Below, in pieces: positions 45,755 to 55,908 of a DNA stretch of 64,000 bases. Below the pieces are notes generated by a model. That model was given only the letters and a program-made list of their open reading frames with translations, searched no databases and was not told the origin of the DNA. The stretch's first letter is position 1; every line of letters starts with the position of its first letter. The translations under genes were made by a program, and so were the position numbers. This stretch comes from an uncultured Clostridia bacterium (GTDB lineage: Bacteria; Bacillota; Clostridia; Christensenellales; UBA1242), in assembly GCA_934772525.1 (NCBI GenBank), contig CAKVMI010000001.1, forward strand, positions 182,613 through 246,612. The letters are read 5' to 3'.

Positions 45755-46653
45755 TGAAAACACTTTTTAGTTTAACGACCAGAAACATTAAATTGTTTTT
45801 TAAAGATAAAGGAATGCTTTTTACATCACTAATTACCCCTATAATTTTACTAATTTTGTATATTACATTTTTAGGTAAAATTTACACCGATAGTTTTGCG
45901 TCTAATGTGCCAGAAGGAGTGAATATTGCAAGCAAGTTAATTGACGGAACGGTGGCGGTTGAATTGGTGTCATCGCTTTTGGCGGTTAGTTGCATTACGG
46001 TTGCGTTTTGCTCGAACCTAATTATGGTACAAGATAAAGCAAATGGCATATATAAAGACTTTTTGGTAGCACCAGTTAATAGTTCTACAATATTTTTAGC
46101 GTACTTTTTGGGTACATTTTTAACAACATTGATAGTAAGTTTTATTACGTTAGGGCTCGGGTTTATATATATTGCCGTTGCGGGGTGGTACTTTAATTTT
46201 GTAGACATTTTGCTTATTATTGCCGATTGTATTTTGCTTACATTATTTGGTACAGCGTTATCTAGTATAATCAATATGAACTTAAAAACCAACGGGCAAG
46301 GGACGGCGGTTGGTACAGTTGTTTCGGCGGGATATGGGTTTATTTGCGGAGCGTATATGCCACTTTCTCAATTTGGAGAAGGCTTGCAAAATGTTTTAAG
46401 CTTGCTTCCAAGTACTTATGGAACGAGTCTTATTAGAAACCACTTTATGCGTGGAGTCACTAGAGAAATGCGTGTAAATAATTTCCCTAGTGAAATTATA
46501 GACGGCATAATGAGTAGTGTAGATTGCAATTTGAAGTTTTTTGGAACCAAAGTCACTATGTTTGGATTATATATGGTTTTAATATTATCAATTGTAGTAA
46601 TAATAGGCGGAATACTATTAATTGCAAAACTTAGAAGAAAACATAATTGCTAA
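45754..46653 (+). CDS. ABC-2 type transporter permease
   Basis: ATGA-type coupling to the ATPase gene. 299 aa with about 6 hydrophobic helices. Confidence 0.8.
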   Translation: MKTLFSLTTRNIKLFFKDKGMLFTSLITPIILLILYITFLGKIYTDSFASNVPEGVNIASKLIDGTVAVELVSSLLAVSCITVAFCSNLIMVQDKANGIYKDFLVAPVNSSTIFLAYFLGTFLTTLIVSFITLGLGFIYIAVAGWYFNFVDILLIIADCILLTLFGTALSSIINMNLKTNGQGTAVGTVVSAGYGFICGAYMPLSQFGEGLQNVLSLLPSTYGTSLIRNHFMRGVTREMRVNNFPSEIIDGIMSSVDCNLKFFGTKVTMFGLYMVLILSIVVIIGGILLIAKLRRKHNC

Positions 46654-46848
46654 ATTTTAGTTATGATTTTATAATAAAAGTTATTTTAATATAAACAAAA
46701 AATAAGAATAGACTTGACCTAATTTAATTAGTGAAGGTCTATTTTTTTCGCGAAAAGATAAAACAAATGTTTGAAAATGACACAAAGTACCACTTTTGGT
46801 GCGTAGCGTATGTTATACTAGCGTTGTAATAAAAAGGAGATAGAACGA

Positions 46849-47508
46849 ATGAAAAAGTATGGAACAAATTTAGGAAAAATTGTAGTGGGAGAAAGTAACT
46901 TTATAACGCTTAGTGAACCAACTTTGGTTGTTGCAAGGCGTACCGAATTAATCTCGGGGCTAATAAATAAAATCTTTTTGGGGTTAGAAGCAAGCGGAGA
47001 TGAAATTCAAAAGATTGTGTTTGGTGGTAGTATTGCAGGAGCAAAATGTTTTGTAACCGAAGATGAGATAAATAAAGGAATGGTTGAAGTGTATAATTAC
47101 ATCAAAACGGTTTCTACATTTTTAAAGTTAAATAGGTGTAAAAATATAGAAGAGTATAACCAAAAGTTTAGAAAAAGCGGAGCAAGGCTTGTGGTTGTAG
47201 TGGAAGATATTGAAAAACTTTCAAGAATGGAAAATTATTCTAAATTTGAAGCGATTATAAACTTTTTGATTACTAAGGCTACTGACACTGGTGTGATGGT
47301 GATTGCGACGACTTCTCAGATTGAAAGACTTGCTATGGAAGAAAACCTATTTTATAAATTTTCTAATAGGTTAGTTTTTGGTGGGTTTTCTGGGGATGTG
47401 GTAAACAAATTAACTCTTGGGATGTATCATACAACAAAAGGGCTTAATGATAGTGAATTTTATTATATGACAATGAACAAAGGGAATGGAAGTTTACTTG
47501 AGCTATAA
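46849..47508 (+). CDS. degenerate FtsK/SpoIIIE-like ATPase-domain protein (219 aa, Walker A lost)
   Basis: Colinear with the FtsK motor core. EPTLVVARRTELIS takes the place of P-H-L-L-I-A-G-x-T-G-S-G-K-S. ARLVVVVEDIEKL takes the place of the hhhhDE Walker B. TGVMVIATTSQ corresponds to GIHLxLATQRP. FSNRLVFGG corresponds to IPxRIAFxV. Confidence 0.5.
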   Translation: MKKYGTNLGKIVVGESNFITLSEPTLVVARRTELISGLINKIFLGLEASGDEIQKIVFGGSIAGAKCFVTEDEINKGMVEVYNYIKTVSTFLKLNRCKNIEEYNQKFRKSGARLVVVVEDIEKLSRMENYSKFEAIINFLITKATDTGVMVIATTSQIERLAMEENLFYKFSNRLVFGGFSGDVVNKLTLGMYHTTKGLNDSEFYYMTMNKGNGSLLEL

Positions 47509-47581
47509 AATGCTAGTTAAAAATTGAAATATAAATTGAAGTGTGGTATAATGGGGTAACGAAAGTTTTGGAGTAAAGACG

Positions 47582-48565
47582 ATGGCTATTGAAAGTAATA
47601 AAAAATTGTTGCTATTATATGTGCTTGATGTATTAAAAGAATATAGTGATGCCGAACATCAATTAACGCAGGCGGGGATAAGCGAACGCATAGAAAAGCG
47701 TTTTGGGATGCAGTCTGAAAGAAAGGCGATTTCCAGAAATATAGATTTTTTGGTAGATTTTGGGTATGATATTGTGCGTGGTGAAAAGGGTTACTATTTG
47801 TCGGGTAGAGAGTTTGATTCTAGCGAGATAACCTACCTTGTAGATTCGGTGTACTCAAGCAAGGTGCTTCCGCCAAACGCTGTTACCGAAATTGTAAAAA
47901 AACTTGCAGGCTTTTCAAGCGTTTATGAAAGAAAGGCGTATAAACATTTATTCAAACCAATGCTTGATACTGGAGTGAACAAGCAATACTTTTTTAATAT
48001 TGATGTGTTAAATACCGCAATCGAAAAAAGACACAAGGTTAAGTTTGATTATTTGTCTTTTAATTCGGTGGGTGGAAAGGTTAACGAAGTTCGAAAAAGT
48101 CATATAGTGAGTCCGTACTTTATGGTTAATAATAATGGCAAATACTACCTAGTATGCAATAAAGATGGCAAGACTACACTAAGTAATTACAAAATTGAAA
48201 ATATTGTTGATATAGAGGAGTTGGAAGATGATGCAATAAAAATTGAACAGTTTGTTGAAAAAGATAAAAAGTTTGATGAAAACGCCTATATAAACGACCA
48301 TATTTATATGTTTGGTGGAGCGGTTTTAAATGGAAAGATAGAACTTCTCAGTGATAGGGCAATTGGTGTAATTTACGAGTGGTTTGGAAAGAATACTAGT
48401 ATAATATCCGAAAATGGTAAAATGGTGGCGTACATAAAGGCGGATGAACAAAGTATTGCTTACTGGGCTCTGCAGTATGCTGAACTTATAAAGGTTATAA
48501 GCCCAGAAACAGTAGTTTCAAAGATAAAATTATTAATTGATACATTAAAGAAAAATTATGAGTAA
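47582..48565 (+). CDS. WYL-domain transcriptional regulator (wHTH-WYL-WCX architecture)
   Basis: N-terminal wHTH (LLLLYVLDVLKEYSD...ISRNIDFLVDFGYDI). Central HKVKFDYLSF...HIVSPYFMVNNNGKYYLVC is the WYL-type fold signature. Confidence 0.75.
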   Translation: MAIESNKKLLLLYVLDVLKEYSDAEHQLTQAGISERIEKRFGMQSERKAISRNIDFLVDFGYDIVRGEKGYYLSGREFDSSEITYLVDSVYSSKVLPPNAVTEIVKKLAGFSSVYERKAYKHLFKPMLDTGVNKQYFFNIDVLNTAIEKRHKVKFDYLSFNSVGGKVNEVRKSHIVSPYFMVNNNGKYYLVCNKDGKTTLSNYKIENIVDIEELEDDAIKIEQFVEKDKKFDENAYINDHIYMFGGAVLNGKIELLSDRAIGVIYEWFGKNTSIISENGKMVAYIKADEQSIAYWALQYAELIKVISPETVVSKIKLLIDTLKKNYE

Positions 48566-48608
48566 ATTTTAGGCTTTGTGAAAATTAATAATTTAAAAAG
48601 CAAGTTGC

Positions 48609-48844
48609 TAGTGAGTAATGAAATAAGAAAAAGCAAGTTATTAAAGATATAAAAAGCAAAATAAATATTTAGTGAATAATATAAAAAGTAAAAAGCGATT
48701 TGAAAAAGATGTAAAAAGTAGGATGAGTATTTAGTGCGTGAAGTAAAAAATCAGGTTACCAAAGTTATAAAAACATTTAATGAATTAGTGAGAAATGAAA
48801 TAAACAAAAAGGAAGTTACTAAGAATGTAGAATTGTTAGATTAA
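48609..48844 (+). repeat. four degenerate 54-62-bp direct repeats (TAGTG anchors at 48609, 48670, 48732, 48786)
   Basis: Aligned by eye. Each unit reads TAGTGnnnAATgAAATAAnnAAAAAGnnAGTTAnnAAnGATnT. Confidence 0.7.
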
Positions 48845-48905
48845 TAATTGGTTGTTATTTTACTTGATGAAAAAAAATAAAATAGTAGATATAAAAAATA
48901 AAATA

Positions 48906-48939
48906 TAAAAACCGTTTACCTTAAAGTAAGCGGTTTTTG
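48906..48939. terminator. bidirectional rho-independent terminator
   Basis: A5-ACCGTTTAC-CTTAAA-GTAAGCGGT-T5. Lies between the convergent WYL and XRE genes. Confidence 0.7.
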
Positions 48940-49215
48940 TTATTATTGTTTATTTGATGTTATTTTTTGTTGGTTATTGAAGTGTAGATTTTGTATGTTA
49001 GGATGTAATTTTATTGAATATTAATTGATAGTTTATAGGTTATTGATTTGTGGTTGTTGTTATGTAGGTTTGTGGTTTGTAATTCTATCTTAAAGAATTA
49101 TTAAGCGGGTTTAGTTAATTGAATTAAAAAACAAACTTAATATGTCTTTTTAGATGTATAATTTGTGGCTTGATAATTTGGTTAGTTAATAAAAGAAGAT
49201 AGATTAGTTATGCTT

Positions 49216-49884
49216 TTATAAATTTTCGGTTTGGTCGGTAATTTGCTTTTGTGATTGGTCGGAGGGTGGGAGCTGTGATTGGTCACGAGCAGATTGTTGC
49301 ACTTTAGAGCGTGGACTTAAACCTTGCCAAAGAACGATTGAAATTTGAACGGGTACGCCGATTATAAAAATTAACCATACTTTATAGTTTATAAAACTTA
49401 AATACAAACTTGCGAGAAAACTCCAAATAAATAGGGAATTTATATAAATGTAAAATTTTCGTTTGCCCCACTTAAAATTAAATACACCAAGAACCATACA
49501 AGAAATTGGAACCGCCCATATAAAGACTACCCAAAGATTTTTGTTTAGGTTTACTTGGGTATATACGTATACAACGGTTGCAATAAACCAAACAACGGTA
49601 ACGGCAAGTGCGGTAATAGAAATTTTGTTGTTATTGTTGGCCTTTGGGATGGTTAGGTCTTGCTTTTCTTCAAAAGAGCCTTCGGTAAGTAGATAATCTA
49701 CTTTTACATTAAACATATCGGCGATTTGTTTTAGCACGTCAATGCTAGGAATGCTTTCGCCCCGCTCCCATTTACTAATTGCTTTGTCGGTGTAGTTTAG
49801 TCGTTCGGCAAATTCGGCCTGGGTAAGTTTTTCCTTTTTTCTTAAATCGGTGATATTTTGTGCAATAATATTCTTTAATTCCAT
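49216..49884 (-). CDS. membrane-tethered XRE-family HTH regulator (222 aa)
   Basis: N-terminal LTQAEFAERLNYTDKAISKWERGESIPSIDVLKQIADMF (HTH_3), then about 4 TM helices and a Q/S/D-rich tail. Confidence 0.75.
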   Translation of the reverse strand: MELKNIIAQNITDLRKKEKLTQAEFAERLNYTDKAISKWERGESIPSIDVLKQIADMFNVKVDYLLTEGSFEEKQDLTIPKANNNNKISITALAVTVVWFIATVVYVYTQVNLNKNLWVVFIWAVPISCMVLGVFNFKWGKRKFYIYINSLFIWSFLASLYLSFINYKVWLIFIIGVPVQISIVLWQGLSPRSKVQQSARDQSQLPPSDQSQKQITDQTENL

Positions 49885-50271
49885 AGTAATTATATTATAA
49901 CATAAATTTTTAGTGAGTCAAGTAAATTTGGTGTGGGTAAAATATTGAAGTTTATAATTTTCATTATTGCTTTTTTAGGTTGTAAAATTGATATAAATAT
50001 AAATTATGGTCAATTGGGTGGGTTATAATTGTAGGACGTTATCAATTAAAATAGTTTAAATAAATTTAAGTGGGTGAAATAAAAAAATAGAAAGCCGACA
50101 AATGCAAAATGCAAGTAGATTATTTTGTAAACTCTGGGTAGCTTAGAAAAAATTTGTTAGTAGACCGAAAAAACAAATAATAGAGTATAAATTGTTGTAG
50201 ATTATTACACAAAAATATAAAATACATAATGTAAAGTAATTATGCTTTATAAAAATTTTTGGAGTTGTGTT

Positions 50272-51015
50272 ATGCGAAATTATATAAAAAAGAGTTTTAT
50301 AATAAAGGAATCTAATTTAGATTGTTACAACAAATTATCGTATTTTGAACTTATGAAAATGCTAGAAGAAGTTGCGGGGTTGCATTCTGCAAGTATGGGG
50401 ATGAGTATGAGTGACTTAAAAAATAAGGACAATGGTTCGTGGGTAATATCAAAAATTAAAATAGATTTTGCTGGCGAATTTCCAGTGTCTGGCGAAAAGT
50501 TACAAGTATTTAGTTATCCTACAAAGCCAACGCTTATTAAAAATGAACGAAACTTTGTTTTAAATGTAAATGGTAAACCTTTTGCTAATGTGTGTTCGGT
50601 TTGGTGTATTATAGATATTGATACGAGAAAATCTATTTTAACAACTAAACTAAATAGCTTACCTAAAAACTTTAAGTTTCATAAAAATGAACTTGATAAT
50701 ATGAAGTTTTTGAGTGTGGATAAAAGCATTTTACAAAACACCGAAGCGGTTTTGTATGAAAAGCAAGTAGAACTATCTGACCTTGATATAAATAATCACT
50801 TGAATAATTGCGTCTATACAAAAATTGTGGTTGACGCTTTAGGTAAAGAATTTTTTGATAATGTAAATGTTAAAAGTTATGAAGTGCATTTTTTGAAGGA
50901 AGTACTACTTAAAGAAAAAATAGAAGTTAGTATAAAAAATATTGAAAATAGATATTTTGTGATTGGTAAGGTGGAAAACGAAAATGTGTTTGTTGCGATT
51001 GTGGAAACCTTTTAA
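50272..51015 (+). CDS. acyl-ACP thioesterase
   Basis: GGAG RBS then ATG 50272. Double hot-dog length with DLDINNHLNNCVY (D-x-N-x-H-V-N-N-type motif). Confidence 0.7.
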   Translation: MRNYIKKSFIIKESNLDCYNKLSYFELMKMLEEVAGLHSASMGMSMSDLKNKDNGSWVISKIKIDFAGEFPVSGEKLQVFSYPTKPTLIKNERNFVLNVNGKPFANVCSVWCIIDIDTRKSILTTKLNSLPKNFKFHKNELDNMKFLSVDKSILQNTEAVLYEKQVELSDLDINNHLNNCVYTKIVVDALGKEFFDNVNVKSYEVHFLKEVLLKEKIEVSIKNIENRYFVIGKVENENVFVAIVETF

Positions 51016-51417
51016 ATTTCAGTACGGGAATTTGGCTTTTAAAAAACTCAAAACAAATTATAATTTTTGTGATAAATTTATGTAATTTTGATAATATCAG
51101 AAAATATCAAACTCAAAATGGGCTTAAAAATGGCATTATTTGGGTAATTGCACACAAAACGAATAGTAAGTTGGGTTGGTCGGAAGTGTCAAAAGTCTGG
51201 GGTAAATTTAATTTAATTTTAGTATAAAAATTCGATTAAATTTTGTTTTTTGTGGTAATGGAAAATAAAAATTAATGCTGTTTGATTTTAAAGAGAAACC
51301 ACAAAAAATATTTACAATTTCACTAAAAATTTTAAAATTGATTAAAATGCTTGCACTACTAAAAATTTTTGTGATAGACTATCCATTGTAAAAGTTTTTT
51401 TGAAAAAGGAAATTACT

Positions 51418-51960
51418 ATGGATAAGTTTAAACTGGTTGTAATTATAAACGGAAGGGGTGGAGTTGGAAAAGATACATTCTGCAACGTTATTTCAGATTG
51501 CTATAATGTATTAAATGTTTCAAGCATTGACCCTGTTAAAGAAATTGCAAGAACGGTAGGTTGGCAAAACGGCAAGGAATTTAAAGACCGTAAATTTTTG
51601 TCGGATATGAAAAGTCTTTTGGTGGAATACAATGATTATCCAACCCAATATCTTTTGAGCGAATACAAAAGATTTATGGAAGATGATATCTATCAAGTTA
51701 TGTTTGTGCATATTAGAGAACCAAAGGAAATTGAAAAGTTTAGAGAGTTGATTGATGGTAGATGTATAACTTTAAAGATAACTAGGTCGGATATTGAAAA
51801 TGTTGTATTTGGAAATTCTTCAGATGACAATGTGGACGATTATAATTATGATTATACCTATCATAATGATACTCCGCTTGAAAGCGTTTCACTTGAAATG
51901 TTAAAATATTTTAACACCATTTTGGATAGTGAAAAATTAAAAGAGTTTCCGCACAGATAA
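51418..51960 (+). CDS. P-loop NTPase, dNMP-kinase-like
   Basis: ATG 51418. Walker A INGRGGVGKDTF (the GKDT type seen in phage deoxynucleotide monophosphate kinases). Confidence 0.45.
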   Translation: MDKFKLVVIINGRGGVGKDTFCNVISDCYNVLNVSSIDPVKEIARTVGWQNGKEFKDRKFLSDMKSLLVEYNDYPTQYLLSEYKRFMEDDIYQVMFVHIREPKEIEKFRELIDGRCITLKITRSDIENVVFGNSSDDNVDDYNYDYTYHNDTPLESVSLEMLKYFNTILDSEKLKEFPHR

Positions 51961-51992
51961 AATTTAGTTAAATTTTTTGGAGGGTCAAGTTG

Positions 51993-52457
51993 ATGCAATT
52001 TAGAACAAAGTTAGATGAAAATATGCAAAAGGAATTGATTAGAGTTCCTCGTATATTTGCAATTGTAATTTCGGTTTTGGGTTTTGTCGGAATAGTATTT
52101 ACGGTGTCTGTTATTGTTTTTACGGGTAGTGATGATAATCAATTTTTGGAATACTTCTTTGCTGCAATATTTGCAATGGGGCTAGTACTTATTTTTACTT
52201 ATGGGCGAATAATTAAAAACTTTAGTAAGATTAATAAAGAAAACGAGTATACAATTTATGATGAGTATATGGAGATTAAGACCTATTATCACGGAGAAGT
52301 AGAGACCACTTGTAAGTTGTATTATTCGGATGCCTTTAAAATAAGAGAAAGCAAAAGATATATATTTGTTTATCAAGATAATATGCGTGCTTTTCCAATG
52401 GAAAAAGCGAATGTTCCAGACCTTGAGAGATTAAAGGAAGTATTAAAATTAAAGTAA
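51993..52457 (+). CDS. YcxB-like membrane protein
   Basis: GGAGGG RBS. Two adjacent TM helices followed by a small beta domain (YMEIKTYYHGE...YIFVYQDNMRAFPMEK). Confidence 0.5.
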   Translation: MQFRTKLDENMQKELIRVPRIFAIVISVLGFVGIVFTVSVIVFTGSDDNQFLEYFFAAIFAMGLVLIFTYGRIIKNFSKINKENEYTIYDEYMEIKTYYHGEVETTCKLYYSDAFKIRESKRYIFVYQDNMRAFPMEKANVPDLERLKEVLKLK

Positions 52458-53144
52458 TGAGTGGTCGACATCTGTTGGGTCATTTCATTTTGATACGTGA
52501 TGTACAATTAAATAATCTATAATGAATAAATCTTTAGCGTAATTTATTGCTAGAGATTTTTTGTTACTGAAAATAAATATTTCAGATTTTAAAGTATCTA
52601 AAAAGTGTGAAAATGTTGGAGAGATTATTGTTGCTGAGAATAGTTTTTTGATGATTAGTTAGGGTTTGAAAAATGTACATTAGCGGAAATAATTTTTTTA
52701 AAAATTTGAGACTTTGCAGAGTTTGAAAAGGTTATAATTACTAGAAGTGTTTTTGATATTTAAAAGAATTTTGATTGGGTTTAGATAGCGGTAAAAACAC
52801 GGGCTAATTGCTCGAAAATTTTTGAATTACTGAATAATAACAACCGCAAAAAGTGTTTGCAAATTGGGGCTTATATATGTTATAATTCTATTATGAATAA
52901 ATAATTCCCTTACTTTTTTATAAGATGTTTTAAGTGGAGCGTCAATGCTTAAATTCGGTATGAGTTTCGAGTGCAAGAATTGGTTTTGAAGTAATTTAAA
53001 ACGAAAAAAAATATAAGTACCGAAAAACAAGTTTTATAACTTTTTATTCAAACAAAATTTTTAAAATTAAAGCGTTAAAAATGAACACTTTGTAAAAAAT
53101 TAAGGAGATAGAAAAACACTTTTCTTAAGGAGATTTTATTTTCA

Positions 53145-55826
53145 ATGGCAAATGATAACGAAAACAACGGCAAGAACAACGACGACAAAATTGAGGAGTT
53201 AAAAAACAAACTTAATAGTGATGATGAAAATACCATACTAGATGGTCAAGTTGGTCTTGATGACTTAATTGAACAAATGGAGCAAGTTAGTGAGCAAAGT
53301 GTAACAACTGACCAGTCTATTGAAGAACAAGCGGAATTAAAAAAGAAGTTAAAGCAAGAGATGTTTGTAACTGCTGGCTTTGGTAAAAATGTAATTCAAA
53401 AAAGCGTAGATGTCGTTATGCACGAGTCTATGTTGCCTTACTCTGAACATGTTATTTTGGATAGAGCGTTGCCACGTGTTGAAGACGGACTAAAACCCGT
53501 TCAAAGACGTATTTTGTACGATATGTTAGAACTTGGTATCACTCCAGATAAACCTTTCCGAAAATCTGCAAGAATTGTCGGTGACTGCTTGGGTAAATAT
53601 CATCCGCATGGCGATACTTCCGTTTATGATGCAATGGTAAGAATGGCACAACCTTTTAGTATGGGTCAAATATTGGTAGAAGGTCATGGTAACTTTGGTA
53701 GTGAAGATGGAGATGATGCTGCTGCTATGCGTTATACCGAAGCTAGACTTGCACCGCTTGCAATGGAAATGCTCCGTGACCTTGAAAAGGATACTGTAAG
53801 GTGGTCGTATAACTTTGATGATACGTTAAAAGAACCTGATATGTTGCCATCTAGATTTCCAAACCTACTTGTAAATGGTGCTACTGGTATTGCGGTTGGT
53901 CTTGCAACTAATATTCCACCACATAATCTTAATGAAGTCATTTCGGGCGTTGTGGCTTATATTGATAACCCTAACATTAAACTTAAGGAAATGATGAAGT
54001 ATATTAAGGGACCTGACTTTCCGATGGGTGGTGTTATTATTGCAGGGGAAGAACTTGCAAACGCTTATGAAACTGGTAAGGGTAAAATTTCAATTAGAGC
54101 AAAAGCGTATATTGAAACTCGAGATAAAGATAAAAAGAGTATTGTAATTACCGAATTTCCTTATGGTGTAAAAAAAGCGGGTCTTTTAACAAAACTTATA
54201 GACCTTAGAGAAACAAAAAAAGAACAACTAGATGGTATTGCTGAAATTGTTGATGAATCGGATAAGACGGGTACACGTGCGGTTATTAAGGTTAAAAAGG
54301 ATGCCGACCCTGAAAAATTGCTTGAAAACCTATATAAACTTACCGAGTTGCAAGTAAGTTATGGTATCAATATGGTTGTAATTGCAGATGGTAGACCACA
54401 ACAACTTGGTCTTATGCAAATTATCAAGTACTATGTAGATTACCAACAAGGTATAATAGTAAGACGAACAAAGTATGATTTAGACCAAGCAAAGGAACGT
54501 GCTCATATTTTGGAAGGTTTGGTTATTGCCGTTAAAAATATTGATGAAGTTGTAAAGATAATCAAAACTAGTGCAAACACTCCAGAAGCAAAAAGAAGAT
54601 TGATGGAGAGATTTAAGTTGTCTGACCGTCAAGCACAAGCAATTCTTGATTTAAGACTTGCAAGACTTACACATCTTGAAGTGTACAAACTTGAACAAGA
54701 ACTTAAAGAATTAAAAGAGTTAATTGAAAAGTTAACTAAGATTCTGAATAGTCCAAAACTTCAACTTGAAACGGTTAAGAGTGAACTGCTTGAAATCAAA
54801 AAGAGATTTAAGGTTGAAAGAGCAAGTATTATTATAAAAGACCTTGGCGAATTTGTTATCCCAACCGAAGATGACTCTAAACCTATTGAAGAAGTTGTTG
54901 TCGGTATTACTAAGGCGGGAACTGTAAAACTTCATACCTTAAAGCACTTTAATATGAGTGGCAAGGAGTTTAGCGAAAAGACTACCGATAGTGATATTTA
55001 TAGAAAACTAATTCAGACTAATACTTCTAAAACACTAATGTTCTTTACAAACCTTGGAAACGCATTTAAACTAACTGCTGGCGATATTCCTGAACATAAG
55101 ATGAAGGATAGGGGTATTGAGTTTAATGTTATGTTTAAAGAAGCGGTTGCTGGCGAATTCCCTGTAGCTGTATTTGAAATGCCAGATGCTGAAAATGCTG
55201 AAGAATGCGCAAAGAACTTATTATTCTTTAGTAAGGCTGGTATGATTAAAAAGACTGCTTGGAGCGAATACTTCTTGCTTAAAAATTATTTCCAAGCTAC
55301 AAAGTTTAAAGATGATGACTATTTGGTAGATGTTCAAAGTGAAAACACTAACCCTAAGTGTACTATACTATTTGTAACTAAACTTGGTATGGCTCTAAAC
55401 GCATTTACCGATGATATACCTTTGCAAGGTAGAATTTCGGGTGGTGTTAAGGGTATTATGCTAGCTGACGGGGATGAAGTTATTCTATCTAGTCAAGTTA
55501 TGCCAAACAACCGTATTGCTGTTATTACGGATAAGGGATACGCTAAAAAGGTTAAACTTGCTGAAATTGAACCAATGGCAAGATACCGTAAGGGTGTAAG
55601 AATTATGGATTTAAGTGCTTCAAATAATGGTAACGCTTGCGTATTTAGTGCGGTTATAGATAAGCCATTTACCATTGTAATTGAAGCTAAAAATGGTGAC
55701 CGTGGCGGATACAATACCGAAAGTTTAGATAACCAATCTAGAACCACATCGGGCAAGAGTTTGGTTAGAGCAAAAGCTGGAATTGATGTAAAATCGGTTG
55801 ACGTATTTGTGAACTGGCTAAGTTAA
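53145..55826 (+). CDS. type IIA topoisomerase subunit A (GyrA/ParC family, ParC-like: no GyrA box seen)
   Basis: [41 protein letters not shown] and [10 protein letters not shown] (catalytic Tyr). The beta-pinwheel CTD lacks a QRRGGKG box. There is a 75-aa acidic N-terminal extension. Confidence 0.85.
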   Translation: MANDNENNGKNNDDKIEELKNKLNSDDENTILDGQVGLDDLIEQMEQVSEQSVTTDQSIEEQAELKKKLKQEMFVTAGFGKNVIQKSVDVVMHESMLPYSEHVILDRALPRVEDGLKPVQRRILYDMLELGITPDKPFRKSARIVGDCLGKYHPHGDTSVYDAMVRMAQPFSMGQILVEGHGNFGSEDGDDAAAMRYTEARLAPLAMEMLRDLEKDTVRWSYNFDDTLKEPDMLPSRFPNLLVNGATGIAVGLATNIPPHNLNEVISGVVAYIDNPNIKLKEMMKYIKGPDFPMGGVIIAGEELANAYETGKGKISIRAKAYIETRDKDKKSIVITEFPYGVKKAGLLTKLIDLRETKKEQLDGIAEIVDESDKTGTRAVIKVKKDADPEKLLENLYKLTELQVSYGINMVVIADGRPQQLGLMQIIKYYVDYQQGIIVRRTKYDLDQAKERAHILEGLVIAVKNIDEVVKIIKTSANTPEAKRRLMERFKLSDRQAQAILDLRLARLTHLEVYKLEQELKELKELIEKLTKILNSPKLQLETVKSELLEIKKRFKVERASIIIKDLGEFVIPTEDDSKPIEEVVVGITKAGTVKLHTLKHFNMSGKEFSEKTTDSDIYRKLIQTNTSKTLMFFTNLGNAFKLTAGDIPEHKMKDRGIEFNVMFKEAVAGEFPVAVFEMPDAENAEECAKNLLFFSKAGMIKKTAWSEYFLLKNYFQATKFKDDDYLVDVQSENTNPKCTILFVTKLGMALNAFTDDIPLQGRISGGVKGIMLADGDEVILSSQVMPNNRIAVITDKGYAKKVKLAEIEPMARYRKGVRIMDLSASNNGNACVFSAVIDKPFTIVIEAKNGDRGGYNTESLDNQSRTTSGKSLVRAKAGIDVKSVDVFVNWLS

Positions 55827-55835
55827 AAATAAAAA

Positions 55836-55876
55836 ATCAAACGGGGGAATATGATTTCTCCTGTTTTGATTTTTTG
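55836..55876 (+). terminator. rho-independent terminator
   Basis: ATCAAACGGGGGA / TCTCCTGTTTTGAT hairpin, then T6. Confidence 0.7.
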
Positions 55877-55908
55877 TTATAAAAATATAACTATTTTGTG
55901 AGGAAAAT

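Noticed and set aside
48609-48844. Possible CRISPR array, because of regularly spaced repeats of about 60 bp.
   Set aside because: The repeats are degenerate rather than identical, and there is no clear repeat/spacer alternation. The period varies (61, 62, 54), and no cas genes are in the window.
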